The translations under genes and the position numbers were made by a program. Below are positions 1-8,948 of a stretch of 22,046 nucleotides of DNA, one piece after another. The stretch lies in IMG/VR virus record IMGVR_UViG_3300023707_000001. One strand, given 5' to 3'. Below the pieces are notes generated by a model. That model was given only the letters and a program-made list of their open reading frames with translations. It was not told the DNA's origin and made no database searches. The DNA comes from a virus (taxonomy: Duplodnaviria; Heunggongvirae; Uroviricota; Caudoviricetes). How positions within the stretch are numbered: position 1 is the stretch's first letter; the number at the start of each line of letters is the position of its first letter.

Positions 1-892
1 CTGCGCTAAATACGATTCTTCCCTGCAATTCTCTATATCGATACAATGGCTTTTCCTGAAATTCCTTACTATTTGTCACTTTTACTTTAAGTGGTATTTC
101 TTCTCTCATGATAAAAGAAACCGTTTTCGAGCCATCTTCCATACTGAACACAGTTGCGTTAACAGGGTAAATATTAGGTCTGCTTCCTGTCATATGCTTT
201 GCAAGCCCTTGTGCTCCACAGGAAGGACACTTAAAATAGTTCCCGTTCCACCAGAAGCGATTTGAGACCTTTGGGGTGTTCACCGCATTTTTGTCAGCAT
301 AATAGCGAATTATCTTTTGCAATGCCGGGACTACCTGGCTGTAAAAATGATTCTTGGGCACCTCAGACTCCATCGGTTCACTAAATGAATCATAGGCATA
401 AGGATCGAATGCATCAGTCATTGATGATACCGATATGCATGCAACATAATCATTCAGTAAGGTGGTTATCCAATGATTTTGTTTTGGGTAACCATCAAAA
501 ACCTCTTCGAGAGTCAAAGGAGGGAAACAAGTATCTGTTCTTTCTCCAGGCTTAAGGTCCGGCTCCTTTATATTTAAAAGCTTTTTGAGAACTTTACCAT
601 ACTTATTGAGGATATCTTGCATTGTTGGGAAATCCTCTCTATGTTCAAGGATATCCCATGCAATCCTACAACACTGTATGCGGTCATTGCAGTATTTCCT
701 GCCTTTAAACCTGCGAATGTCTTCTATTTCTTTTATATAATAAAATTTGTGCCATGTATGGCATTTTTCACAATAAATGTAATAAAATTCTCCGTCTCTG
801 CCTTTATTGCGGCCGCCCTGGTTGTAAACAAAGGCTGGCTGTTTGTGAAAAGTATGGTGTTCTTTTTTCAGCAATGGCGCATACTTTTTCAT
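1..892 (-). CDS. Partial (runs off left edge) hypothetical protein, >=297 aa, with two CxxC Zn-ribbon-like motifs (YCEKCH, FKCPSCG); possibly PcfJ-like
   Basis: Not in ORF track. Hand translation from ATG at 892 (RBS AGGAG) is open to the window edge: MKKYAPLLKKEHH...FKCPSCGAQG...GRIVFSA. PcfJ resemblance is only from the motif pattern. Confidence 0.8.
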   Translation of the reverse strand, partial: MKKYAPLLKKEHHTFHKQPAFVYNQGGRNKGRDGEFYYIYCEKCHTWHKFYYIKEIEDIRRFKGRKYCNDRIQCCRIAWDILEHREDFPTMQDILNKYGKVLKKLLNIKEPDLKPGERTDTCFPPLTLEEVFDGYPKQNHWITTLLNDYVACISVSSMTDAFDPYAYDSFSEPMESEVPKNHFYSQVVPALQKIIRYYADKNAVNTPKVSNRFWWNGNYFKCPSCGAQGLAKHMTGSRPNIYPVNATVFSMEDGSKTVSFIMREEIPLKVKVTNSKEFQEKPLYRYRELQGRIVFSA

Positions 893-920
893 ATTTTTCT
901 ATCTCCTATCTTGTTTTTTA

Positions 921-1115
921 TTAATGTGTCATCATGTAGAAAAAGCCGATAAAGCTGGCGACAAACACGAAAACTATAATGTAGCATCCCCATACATCGT
1001 CGCCGCCTTTTGCTGCATCGTCTTTTACCCACTGCTTTGCATCCTCATTGCCAAATAGGGCAAGAACGTTTACAATAACGAAAAATGCGATTAACACTCC
1101 AAAAGCTCCAACCAT
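921..1115 (-). CDS. Small membrane protein, 64 aa, two hydrophobic helices
   Basis: ORF track 921..1124; AGGAGG is correctly spaced to the second ATG (1115). Hydrophobic stretches MVGAFGVLIAFFVIVNVLALF and WGCYIIVFVFVASFIGFFY. Confidence 0.8.
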   Translation of the reverse strand: MVGAFGVLIAFFVIVNVLALFGNEDAKQWVKDDAAKGGDDVWGCYIIVFVFVASFIGFFYMMTH

Positions 1116-1142
1116 ACTTCTCATCCTCCTACTTTATTCACA

Positions 1143-1364
1143 CTAAGCTGCGGCTTCGTGTTTGCAGTCGTCATCGAAGCTCATAATGGATGAATGCCTC
1201 GTCTCCCTTTGCATTTTTGCTGTCCGCCGGATTTCTTCCAGCCTTGCTTCGCATCGACGAAGCTTTGTCCCCTGAACAACAATGTAGGTCGAAAGGCAAA
1301 TTATCAAGAGCAACAATGAAACATTGAGCATTACTTCGAACTGTAAAACATTATCTGTAATCAC
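1143..1364 (-). CDS. Small single-pass membrane protein, 73 aa, ends -EAAA
   Basis: GTG start overlaps the upstream TGA; hydrophobic segment VMLNVSLLLLIICLSTYIVV followed by a basic tail. Confidence 0.75.
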   Translation of the reverse strand: MITDNVLQFEVMLNVSLLLLIICLSTYIVVQGTKLRRCEARLEEIRRTAKMQRETRHSSIMSFDDDCKHEAAA

Positions 1365-2242
1365 GCAGCTAACCTCCGTTTTCTGTTTGTCAAATCCCAG
1401 GCTTCGTCAACCAAACCGTAACATCTGTCGATGTTATAGCTGTAACTCCTTGCCGGATAAATGCGGAAAATCTTGTCATACGGCAGTGTGACCGGTTTTT
1501 CCAGCTCGATTTCGAGCGGGCCGCCACCACCACTCCAGCTATCATAGAGCCCGCACATTGTCATGGTCGGGATGTAAATGTCCTTTTTATTCTGGACAAT
1601 GTCGATAAGCTGGCCAAGCGTAAAGGTCTTTAGGAATACCAGTGCCGGCATATGAGTCGACATATTTACCAGCTCCTGGAATACGCTATTTAAGAACCCG
1701 TTTTTCTTGTAAGTAGAGTTATCCGTATTTGCACACAAGAACTGCAAAAAGTCTTCTTTGCTATATCCCTGAGTTTCTGCCAGCCACAGAAGAGAAGCCT
1801 TCTCTGTCTCTTCAGGTATGTCGTCCGGGTCGTTAATCCATTCCACTCTGCCGTTGTAGTGGGGATACATTGCATTGCTGACAAAATCATAGTCGCTGTC
1901 GCCCGTATCCACATAAATGTCCACGCGTACTCTCTGCTGGAGGAAGTGCTCGGTTGGATAAATAACATCGAGATTATCCCGAATGCAATCTTCGACATCG
2001 TCCAGGTCTTCACCTGCCAATGCAGGAATTTCCTCCATGGCATTTTCAGCAATTTCTTTATACTCAATGCCATCGTAGAGGCCGTACGCATAATACATCT
2101 TTTCATTGAAGGCCGTTCTCGGGTCTTTATCTTCCAGAATTTCACGAATTGTGTTATCCTGCAGACAATCGTTACGGTCTGCGTACAATTCGTAGCCATG
2201 CGGATATTTAAGCTTCAGCCAATTTTTAATCAGCTCTTCCAT
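1361..2242 (-). CDS. Conserved-type hypothetical protein, 293 aa, acidic, ends -RLAA
   Basis: RBS AAGGAG; motifs VDTGDSDYDF, LLWLAETQGY and CGLYDSWSGGGGPLEIELEK recall an uncharacterised family from Clostridia/Bacillota mobile elements (recognition from memory, not searched). Confidence 0.85.
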   Translation of the reverse strand: MEELIKNWLKLKYPHGYELYADRNDCLQDNTIREILEDKDPRTAFNEKMYYAYGLYDGIEYKEIAENAMEEIPALAGEDLDDVEDCIRDNLDVIYPTEHFLQQRVRVDIYVDTGDSDYDFVSNAMYPHYNGRVEWINDPDDIPEETEKASLLWLAETQGYSKEDFLQFLCANTDNSTYKKNGFLNSVFQELVNMSTHMPALVFLKTFTLGQLIDIVQNKKDIYIPTMTMCGLYDSWSGGGGPLEIELEKPVTLPYDKIFRIYPARSYSYNIDRCYGLVDEAWDLTNRKRRLAA

Positions 2243-2269
2243 TGCCGTCTCCTTTCTTTTACCGGGATG

Positions 2270-2623
2270 TTACCAGTTCACATATTCTGTCCGCTCAGGA
2301 CTACTTTTTTCAAAATTGGCTCCTTGGATATCGGCGTGTCCAATAACGCGGATAATGGCATATTTTTTGTCATGCTCTTTGGCCTCATCTGCCAATTTTC
2401 TGTTACTGACAAAATGTACGAGGGGCCAGAAGCATAAATTGCTTTTTGCATAACTTATTTTTCCGCGCTTACTTACCTTTATAAGACTGTGGTCACTGCC
2501 TGTCCAATTTTCGTCTCCGGGCGAATTTTGTACCACCCAATAACCATTATGACGCTTAAAATATGCGCCGGATATTTCCACGATATCGCCCGATACAATT
2601 TTTCTGCCGGTTACGTCAATCAT
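2270..2623 (-). CDS. Hypothetical phage/MGE protein, 117 aa, with DxxGxxIxxGDIV N-terminal motif
   Basis: ATG overlaps the upstream TGA; IDVTGRKIVSGDIVEISGAYFK...SPGDENW...CFWP pattern typical of Bacillota phage proteins. Confidence 0.8.
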   Translation of the reverse strand: MIDVTGRKIVSGDIVEISGAYFKRHNGYWVVQNSPGDENWTGSDHSLIKVSKRGKISYAKSNLCFWPLVHFVSNRKLADEAKEHDKKYAIIRVIGHADIQGANFEKSSPERTEYVNW

Positions 2624-2991
2624 GCTGCCGCTTCCTCTCTGCCGTATGCACAGTTTTTCAGCTCATAAGTTCTTCTCAGGATTTCTTCAAAGGTCTTATC
2701 TGCGTACTTCGTTTCTTCGTTGCCATACTGATAGACCAGCTGATTATCCTGTTCAATGGACATCACTCGGCAAGCCGTATGACGCAGGCTGCTGTTAAAT
2801 GTCATGCCGTACTGCATAAAGACCGGGTTGCCCTTATCGTCCAGAATTGTTTCCGAATATTCCGGTGTGATATGAAAACCTCTCATATCCACCATTTCGT
2901 TAAATTTTTCCTCGCTCATCTGGCGTGTGTACAGTTTAAAATCACCACTGCCGTACGGGCGTTCCAAAGTTCTTACTACATATTTTCTCAT
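2620..2991 (-). CDS. Hypothetical protein, 123 aa, ends -EEAAA
   Basis: ORF track; RBS GGAAG; ATGA overlap with next gene. Confidence 0.8.
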   Translation of the reverse strand: MRKYVVRTLERPYGSGDFKLYTRQMSEEKFNEMVDMRGFHITPEYSETILDDKGNPVFMQYGMTFNSSLRHTACRVMSIEQDNQLVYQYGNEETKYADKTFEEILRRTYELKNCAYGREEAAA

Positions 2992-3040
2992 CTTGCATCA
3001 ACTTCCCTTCCAAAACATGCGTACCTCTTTCCTTTTAAAG

Positions 3041-3745
3041 TTACGCTACATACTTCTTGCGGCCTTTTGTAATTAACCCGCAAGCCTTAGCCAAAGCGTC
3101 ATATTTTCCCTTAATCGCAAGATATTTGCGTTTCCATTCCTTACGTGCATAATCTTCGCTGCCGACTTTGCACTTAAGCCCGCAATTTTCTGCGTAAAGC
3201 TCCTCGGCTTTTTTCTTGAGCTGTTCGTTTTCTGCCTTGAGCTGGTTTACTTCTTTCACCCGCTCAATTAACTTATTCGCATTGCTCTGAAAGCTTTCGC
3301 TCATTCGGTCGTTTGATTCCTGGAGCTCTCTGTGCTTAATCTGTAAAAGCCCCAAATCCTTCTGCGCATCCTTCAACCGTTCTTTATCACCATGTCCGGA
3401 GGCGATTACTCTATCTTTGGATGCAATCTCGCATTCCAAGTCATGAATCCTGCTCCAAAGGTTTTCTGCACCTTCACTGCTCATGGCAACCATATCATCA
3501 AAGATTTTTAGCACCTGTGTAGCTTCACTGCTAAGTTCACCAATCTGGGTGTTGAGTTCAGTCATCTGCTTAATCAAAGACCGACTCTTCTCATCCGTGT
3601 TTCTTACCTGGCCGGCAACCATCATTGCCCGCCGCACACTGTTACTCAACTCACGCTTATTGTCATTAAAACATTCACTGTAAACCGTACCAACTGCTGC
3701 GGTTATCAATGCAATCGCTTCGCTGCGAGTAATTTCCTTTGGCAT
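3041..3745 (-). CDS. Coiled-coil hypothetical protein, 234 aa
   Basis: RBS GGGGAG; long heptad-like E/K/L-rich stretches; ends -YVA. Confidence 0.85.
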   Translation of the reverse strand: MPKEITRSEAIALITAAVGTVYSECFNDNKRELSNSVRRAMMVAGQVRNTDEKSRSLIKQMTELNTQIGELSSEATQVLKIFDDMVAMSSEGAENLWSRIHDLECEIASKDRVIASGHGDKERLKDAQKDLGLLQIKHRELQESNDRMSESFQSNANKLIERVKEVNQLKAENEQLKKKAEELYAENCGLKCKVGSEDYARKEWKRKYLAIKGKYDALAKACGLITKGRKKYVA

Positions 3746-3774
3746 TTCAATCTCCCCTATTTTTTATTCACTTT

Positions 3775-3960
3775 TTATGCCTGCCATTCCTGGCCTTCGC
3801 CATATCCCAGGTCTTTCCTGACCTTGCTGATATAGTTGTTGATTTCGTGGTATACCTGTCTGCTTTCTCGTTCCTTTTTCCGCTTACCACGTTTCTGAAT
3901 ATGTGATACCGGCTGAATGCGGTAAGTAAGCCGCTTTAAATTCTTAACGATATCAAGCAT
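3775..3960 (-). CDS. Small basic hypothetical protein, 61 aa
   Basis: ORF track 3775..3981; AGGAAGGT precedes the ATG at 3960 (MLDIVK); ends -WQA. Confidence 0.7.
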   Translation of the reverse strand: MLDIVKNLKRLTYRIQPVSHIQKRGKRKKERESRQVYHEINNYISKVRKDLGYGEGQEWQA

Positions 3961-3977
3961 TTTTACCTTCCTTTCTA

Positions 3978-4736
3978 TCAATCTTCAAGCTGGATAACGC
4001 CTTTTCCATGAATCCAGTCTTTTGTTTCTTTGAATCTCTGCACAATCTCTCTGAGTTCTTTTCTGTGCTTACGCACGATGTCCAGTCTATTTTCCTTTAA
4101 GACCTCTTCAATATGCCGAATGGTTGTTCTATATGCCCACGTCAGCGTTTTTCCTGTTTTAAGCATCTGCGGAATAAAGTCTGTCTCATCATACCAGTCA
4201 ATTGAGTTTCTAATAACATCAATGGGATAACTCTTTTTCTTGTAGCTTGCTTTCGTGCACTGCTTCAAAGTGCGGCCGATAACGGCATGCTTATTCCAAA
4301 AGATGAAACATCCTTGGTCATCCAGACGTTTTGGTTCATCCTTCGTTAGGATATCTTCATCCTTCACCTGTTCCTGCAACAGCTTAATTGCTGTACACAT
4401 TACGTCCGCGATATGAACGCGTTTTGTGTAAGCAAAGTCTTTTACCCACTTCCACTGCTCTTCGTCTGCCCAGAAAGTCTGTCGTTTTGCACTCTCCGGA
4501 CCACAAATCTTAATCTCCGTTTTTTCTTTTTTGAGCTTTTCGTTTTCCTTTTTCAGTTCACAATATTCTTGGGCGCTTTTAAAAACCATTTCATTTAGGA
4601 TATCAATTTCCGCCTGATAAGCACTTTTTACGGTTGTATAGGCTTCCAGATCCAAGCTGTCTGCCATCTCCATAATCGCTTTGTCAAGTTCTAAAATTTC
4701 ATTCGGAAGTTTACCCTGAACTATACAATAATCCAT
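3978..4736 (-). CDS. 252-aa protein with central ribbon-helix-helix-like DNA-binding motif
   Basis: Start reassigned to ATG 4736 (RBS GAGG, 1 nt after upstream TGA). KRQTFWADEEQWKWVKDFAYTKRVHIADVMCTAIKLL fits the beta-alpha-alpha RHH pattern. Confidence 0.75.
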   Translation of the reverse strand: MDYCIVQGKLPNEILELDKAIMEMADSLDLEAYTTVKSAYQAEIDILNEMVFKSAQEYCELKKENEKLKKEKTEIKICGPESAKRQTFWADEEQWKWVKDFAYTKRVHIADVMCTAIKLLQEQVKDEDILTKDEPKRLDDQGCFIFWNKHAVIGRTLKQCTKASYKKKSYPIDVIRNSIDWYDETDFIPQMLKTGKTLTWAYRTTIRHIEEVLKENRLDIVRKHRKELREIVQRFKETKDWIHGKGVIQLED

Positions 4737-4737
4737 T

Positions 4738-5175
4738 TCATTTTCCTCTTTTATGTCTCCAGTATCTTTTTTCACAAACGGTACTGCAAAATTTTCTACG
4801 TTTATCAAACTTGTTAGTAACACTAACGGTTTTTCTGCATTGAGCACATGTAAACTCACGCAGCACGACACCTTCTTCACACAGATATTTATTCTTGCGA
4901 TAGAAGTCGATGCTGCGCGGTTTCTGTATTAAAATGTCAATCTCTTTCCATTTGAACTTTCGTTCTCGGAGTTCTTTTATTTTTTCTACCAATGCGCGAA
5001 CCTTTTTGGCCTGTGCATCGGCTTCACGGCTGCGCCTATTCGCTGCGCGGACAGCTTTAGCCTGAATATTTCTTTGTCTTTTGGCGGTCTTTGCCGCCTG
5101 CTCTCTTCTTTTATCTTCTTTTTCTTTTGCGCTACTCCAATATACGGATGGAGTGGTGATTTTCCATGTGGCCAA
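4738..5175 (-). CDS. Basic protein, 145 aa, with HTH-like segment and C-terminal CxxC...CSxxC zinc finger
   Basis: CAQCRKTVSVTNKFDKRRKFCSTVCEKRYWRH preceded by KIKELRERKFKWKEI; arrangement common in Bacillota phage regulators. TTG start abuts the upstream TAA. Confidence 0.75.
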   Translation of the reverse strand: MATWKITTPSVYWSSAKEKEDKRREQAAKTAKRQRNIQAKAVRAANRRSREADAQAKKVRALVEKIKELRERKFKWKEIDILIQKPRSIDFYRKNKYLCEEGVVLREFTCAQCRKTVSVTNKFDKRRKFCSTVCEKRYWRHKRGK

Positions 5176-5373
5176 TTAACTTACCCACCCATTTATTTCG
5201 CCCATTTCATCTGTTACGGCTTTGATTTTATGGTAAATCTTATGCAGCTTTCGGCTCTGCTCCTTTAACTCCTCCAACTGGCAAAGTTTGAGGTATAGGT
5301 GCCATGCTTCATGGCCGGTAAGCGTCATATCTTTTGCCTCCATAAGCCTGTCCGTTAAATCTTCATATCTCAT
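5176..5373 (-). CDS. Small helical hypothetical protein, 65 aa
   Basis: ORF track 5176..5478; perfect GGAGGT RBS precedes the ATG at 5373 (MRYEDL). Confidence 0.75.
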   Translation of the reverse strand: MRYEDLTDRLMEAKDMTLTGHEAWHLYLKLCQLEELKEQSRKLHKIYHKIKAVTDEMGEINGWVS

Positions 5374-5392
5374 GCCTACCTCCATTTTTCCA

Positions 5393-6689
5393 TCAAGATG
5401 TTTTCTTGGCTTTACATCCTCTTTTGCGTAAAGCCCCCATTGCACCTTCAACACTATCTCCTTTTTTGAGCCTTGCATATAGCGCTGGCATGCTTACCTG
5501 ACATTCAGGCATAGCAGCCAATTCGGTGACTGTGTAGCTGGCACCGTTATACCGATACACTTTATTGCCCTTTGGACCACTACGGTCAGGGAGGCGACTA
5601 ATAGCTTCTTCTGCACATTCAGTTTTTAGTCTCTTATACAACACTTGTTGCTGTACTTTGCATTCTGGCAATTCTGCAAGTTCTTTGATTGAATAATACC
5701 GCCCTTTGTATTCGTATGTTTTTCCTTCTCGTGGCAGTGTAAGCGCTTTTTCTACCGCCATTCCATTCCGGAGTCTGTCTCTTAAGGTCTTTACGCATAC
5801 TTTACACTCAGGTAATTTGGCAAGCTCACTTACAGTCAACAGTTTTCCATGATATCTATACTTTTCTCCGCGCTTTACTTTTAATGCTTCTTCGACGCTT
5901 AATCCCCTTTGGTTGATTCTACTACAAAGAGTGTTGTATTGCTGTACTTCACATTCCGGCAAGGCCAATAGCTCTCTTAATGTGTATTCCTTACCTTTAT
6001 ATGTGTATTTTTTTGCAGTACGTCCTAATAACATTCCTTTTTCTCGTGCCATTTGCATACGCTCTGCCCCTGACAAAGGTTTGGTTGTGATAGCTTTTTC
6101 TACATCCCATCCTCCATTTTTAATCCTGGAGGTAAGTAGGTCTGCACTCACTACACATTCTGGTAACTGGGAAAGTTCCTTCATTGTGTAGTCTTTTCCC
6201 TTGTACATTACACGGAATCGCATTTCCCGGCGTACGCCGGGAAGAACCGGCGTATTCAAAGCTTCTTCAATACTCCAGCCATCAAACAAGCGCTTACCGA
6301 TTGTGTTATAGCTTAATGAGCTATCCTTGGCCATCTGATTAATTTCGTGACGGGTACAAAGTCCTTTTTTTATTTCATACACTTTTGTGTTAGTATATGG
6401 TTTTTCTATAATCTCCTCTACAGTCTTTCCTTCATCAATCCGTTTCCATATAAGGTGTGTGCTAATTCCAGTCTCTTTTGATAGCTGTGATACAGAAACC
6501 ATTTTTCCGTTATACTCAAGCTTAAAACCGCGCCTTTTAACATCTCTGAGTTGAGGCGTGTTAATAGCTTTTTTCAACGTCCCAGCCTTTTTTTAAACGG
6601 GATTCGAGTGCTTTCTTACTGCATTTAGCAAGCTTCGCTAATTCACCAAAACGGTATTCCTTACCTTTATACAAATACTTCTTTGCCAC
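5393..6689 (-). CDS. Tandem-repeat HTH-like DNA-binding protein (8 repeats, about 431 aa if restored), split by one extra A in an A6 run at 6569-6574
   Basis: Track ORF 5393..6577 has 7 repeats YxGKxYTxxELxxLPEC..V...L..R...G..VEEA. An upstream 42-aa ORF 6561..6689 (GTG, RBS GAAAGGTG) encodes an eighth, KKYLYKGKEYRFGELAKLAKCSKKALESRLKKGWDVEK, that joins AINTP in the +1 frame. The unit resembles the DNA-binding tail of phage HNH endonucleases; no nuclease domain is present. Confidence 0.8.
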
Positions 6690-6723
6690 TTTTACTTACA
6701 CCTTTCTCAGAAGCTGTATACTC

Positions 6724-7506
6724 TCACAGTGATACACTTACTATATCCTGACTATCAAAGATGCTCTTTTCATGTTCTTCCTTGTCTGTTTTTACGGCTG
6801 TAATAGGAATCGTGGCCTCATCTTTAACACAAACGCTACGAATCCAATCCAAAGAACTTAGCGCATCATGAATTTCTGTTGCGTCAGCATCTTCATCCAC
6901 TACAATGGACAAAGTTACAACTTTATCTTTCCGCCCCGTAAAAGCTTTCTCGCAGCATTCCATAAACTCCGCTGCATTAACATGGAAATCGCTCAAATTA
7001 TTCACAAGCTCATCGATTTCAGCTTCCGGGTACTCGGTAAGGACGCTTTCTTCTCTTAGCTTCGCCTCATGATATTTCCTATGGATAAACCCTTTGAGTA
7101 AAGAAATGTTTGTTTTGTAGATGTAAGTATAGGTATACAGAACTAAAGATAATACATCTCTCATCATGTTATCCAGTTGCGTACCGTTTTCCTCATCTTC
7201 ATCGGGGGCATGGTATGCCATATTTAATGCAGTATACCCGCCTTTTTCTTCCAAAAGGACTGGAATTCCTACTGTCATAAGGATTTTTATCAAAGTTTTG
7301 TTGCCGATGAGCTTATCATACGCAGCCTCATCCCAAAGGAGTTTTTCGGCTGTATAATTGGCGGCTTCTTGAAGTATATCGTCAATTTCCATGTCATCTT
7401 TCAGTTCTACATCGTAGAGAACTGCGTCTCGAAGAGCTTGGTAAGCGCGGTCTCTTCCAATATAGGGCATGGCCGTAATGCATAATTTTCTCTGCGCCTC
7501 TGTCAT
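6724..7506 (-). CDS. Acidic hypothetical protein, 260 aa
   Basis: RBS GGAGGGAG; ORF track. Confidence 0.85.
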   Translation of the reverse strand: MTEAQRKLCITAMPYIGRDRAYQALRDAVLYDVELKDDMEIDDILQEAANYTAEKLLWDEAAYDKLIGNKTLIKILMTVGIPVLLEEKGGYTALNMAYHAPDEDEENGTQLDNMMRDVLSLVLYTYTYIYKTNISLLKGFIHRKYHEAKLREESVLTEYPEAEIDELVNNLSDFHVNAAEFMECCEKAFTGRKDKVVTLSIVVDEDADATEIHDALSSLDWIRSVCVKDEATIPITAVKTDKEEHEKSIFDSQDIVSVSL

Positions 7507-7521
7507 TGTCTTTCTCCCTCC

Positions 7522-7878
7522 TTATTTACATTTTTTCCAGTAGTACACGACAATTTCTTCGCCGGCGTCTACCATAATCTGGCCGCGCGCATTTTCACGG
7601 TCGTAAAGCCACGGATTTGCCTCCATGATACCTTCCTTGAATTCATTGTGTTCGCGGATGCTGTAGGTATTCTTCTGCATGTAGTATTCTACAATATCAT
7701 CCAGAGACTCTGCGTGGAAAATATTAGCTCGGTAGGTTTCCACACAGTAGATAAAATCTGCATGATTCGCCTTAATGACACCACGCATTTCTGCATGGGA
7801 TATAACTTCTCCTGCGCTCGCTACGCTCGCGCTTGCAAGAACGATTGCGCCTAAAATGCCTAAAATCTTTTTCTTCAA
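7522..7878 (-). CDS. Secreted or membrane-anchored LysM-like protein, 118 aa
   Basis: TTG start with AGGAG RBS; signal-peptide-like MKKKILGILGAIVLASASVASA; AESLDDIVEYY...MEANPWL...VDAGEEIVV matches the LysM beta-alpha-alpha-beta spacing. Confidence 0.65.
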   Translation of the reverse strand: MKKKILGILGAIVLASASVASAGEVISHAEMRGVIKANHADFIYCVETYRANIFHAESLDDIVEYYMQKNTYSIREHNEFKEGIMEANPWLYDRENARGQIMVDAGEEIVVYYWKKCK

Positions 7879-7905
7879 GGTTATTGACTCCTATTCTCTA
7901 TTTGC

Positions 7906-8082
7906 TTATGCTGCCGTATCCTTTTCGATAACGATTGCATTCTCGTCATCCAGGAACACTACGCAGCCTGTACGCTTACTGCCATCTTTTTTGTACCAGC
8001 CATATGCATTCTCTTTGGACACCGAGATGACATATTCATCCGGCATATGTTCCAGAATCTCACGTAAGTCTCTTACTTTCAT
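7906..8082 (-). CDS. Small phage-type protein, 58 aa, MKVRDLREILEHMPD..., ends -DTAA
   Basis: Not in ORF track; hand-translated; RBS AAGGTG; fills the gap between neighbours. Confidence 0.8.
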   Translation of the reverse strand: MKVRDLREILEHMPDEYVISVSKENAYGWYKKDGSKRTGCVVFLDDENAIVIEKDTAA

Positions 8083-8102
8083 ATTCTATCACCTTTTTCG
8101 CC

Positions 8103-8699
8103 TTAATACCAGATATTTTTATATTTCTGGTATTCTTCCTTACGTTTTTTCTCTTCCTCTTCCGCCATTCTTACAGCCTTTCGGCTTTCTTCCATCATAG
8201 TTATCTTATGAATTGCCTGAACGTCACGATAAGCATCGTAATATCTGTCCATCGGCGTTTCTCTAAGCTCCCGCCCACAGAACTCTCTTTCCACATAACT
8301 GTTTATGGCGTCCAGCTGTTCCTGTGGCGTGCCGTATGAATCAGAAGTGTTGTGGTTCTCCCGCAGACCAGCTAACTTGCATTTTCTTATGATAAAATTC
8401 CTGAAGCCATCAAGAGTTTCTTTATACATACGCTCACCATAGAAAGAGACGCAAGTGTCAACCATTGCATTTGCAAGGACTGTCTCCTCACTCCGCGTGA
8501 ACATTCTTCCGTATGGTACAGCAACATATTTCGGGGTGCATCTTCCGTACAGTCTGTCCTCAAAGAAATCAATCTTTACTGGAGCGTCAGGAAAAGGACG
8601 GATAATACCTTCTTTGAGTTCATTCTTTGTTGGCTTTTTTGGTCTATTGATTCTTTCCGGGTCTATGCCAAGCAGCATACTCAAAATCGTATCAAGCAT
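8103..8699 (-). CDS. Hypothetical protein, 198 aa
   Basis: ORF track; RBS GAAGGGAAG. Confidence 0.8.
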   Translation of the reverse strand: MLDTILSMLLGIDPERINRPKKPTKNELKEGIIRPFPDAPVKIDFFEDRLYGRCTPKYVAVPYGRMFTRSEETVLANAMVDTCVSFYGERMYKETLDGFRNFIIRKCKLAGLRENHNTSDSYGTPQEQLDAINSYVEREFCGRELRETPMDRYYDAYRDVQAIHKITMMEESRKAVRMAEEEEKKRKEEYQKYKNIWY

Positions 8700-8717
8700 C
8701 TATTGACTTCCCTTCAC

Positions 8718-8948
8718 TTACAGATTTTTGAATTCTTCTTTGTCTTTCGCAACTTGCTCGCTGAACACGCCTGCGATAGTCTTTCTCATCTCAGGGGCAA
8801 GTTCCATCTGTGTATCTCTGGAGAACCCTACACCCTTAACGATTATCTCTGCCGGGGTGTTTCCATTATTAAGCCCTTTGATAAGTTTTTCCATTTCACA
8901 AATGCGCATCATAAGCGTCTTTGCTGTTTCAAATTTTTCCTCTGTCAC
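8718..8948 (-). CDS. Small phage-type protein, 76 aa (MTEEKFETAK...EEFKNL)
   Basis: GTG start with AAGGA RBS; helix-strands-helix pattern common in phage early regions. Confidence 0.75.
   Translation of the reverse strand: MTEEKFETAKTLMMRICEMEKLIKGLNNGNTPAEIIVKGVGFSRDTQMELAPEMRKTIAGVFSEQVAKDKEEFKNL

Noticed and set aside
617-952. 111-aa plus-strand ORF and other short plus-strand ORFs in the track
   Set aside because: All lie antisense to well-supported minus-strand genes and lack RBSs.
1361-2623. Explaining -AA ends as a by-product of stop/start overlap or RBS sequence
   Set aside because: Possible for the two overlapped genes (GCGTGA, GCATGA), but the other nine -AA genes do not overlap a start and use varied codons.
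6561-6594. Classical programmed -1 frameshift at the A runs
   Set aside because: Joining the frames needs a +1 shift, and the upstream frame reads GAA AAA AGC, not A AAA AAG.
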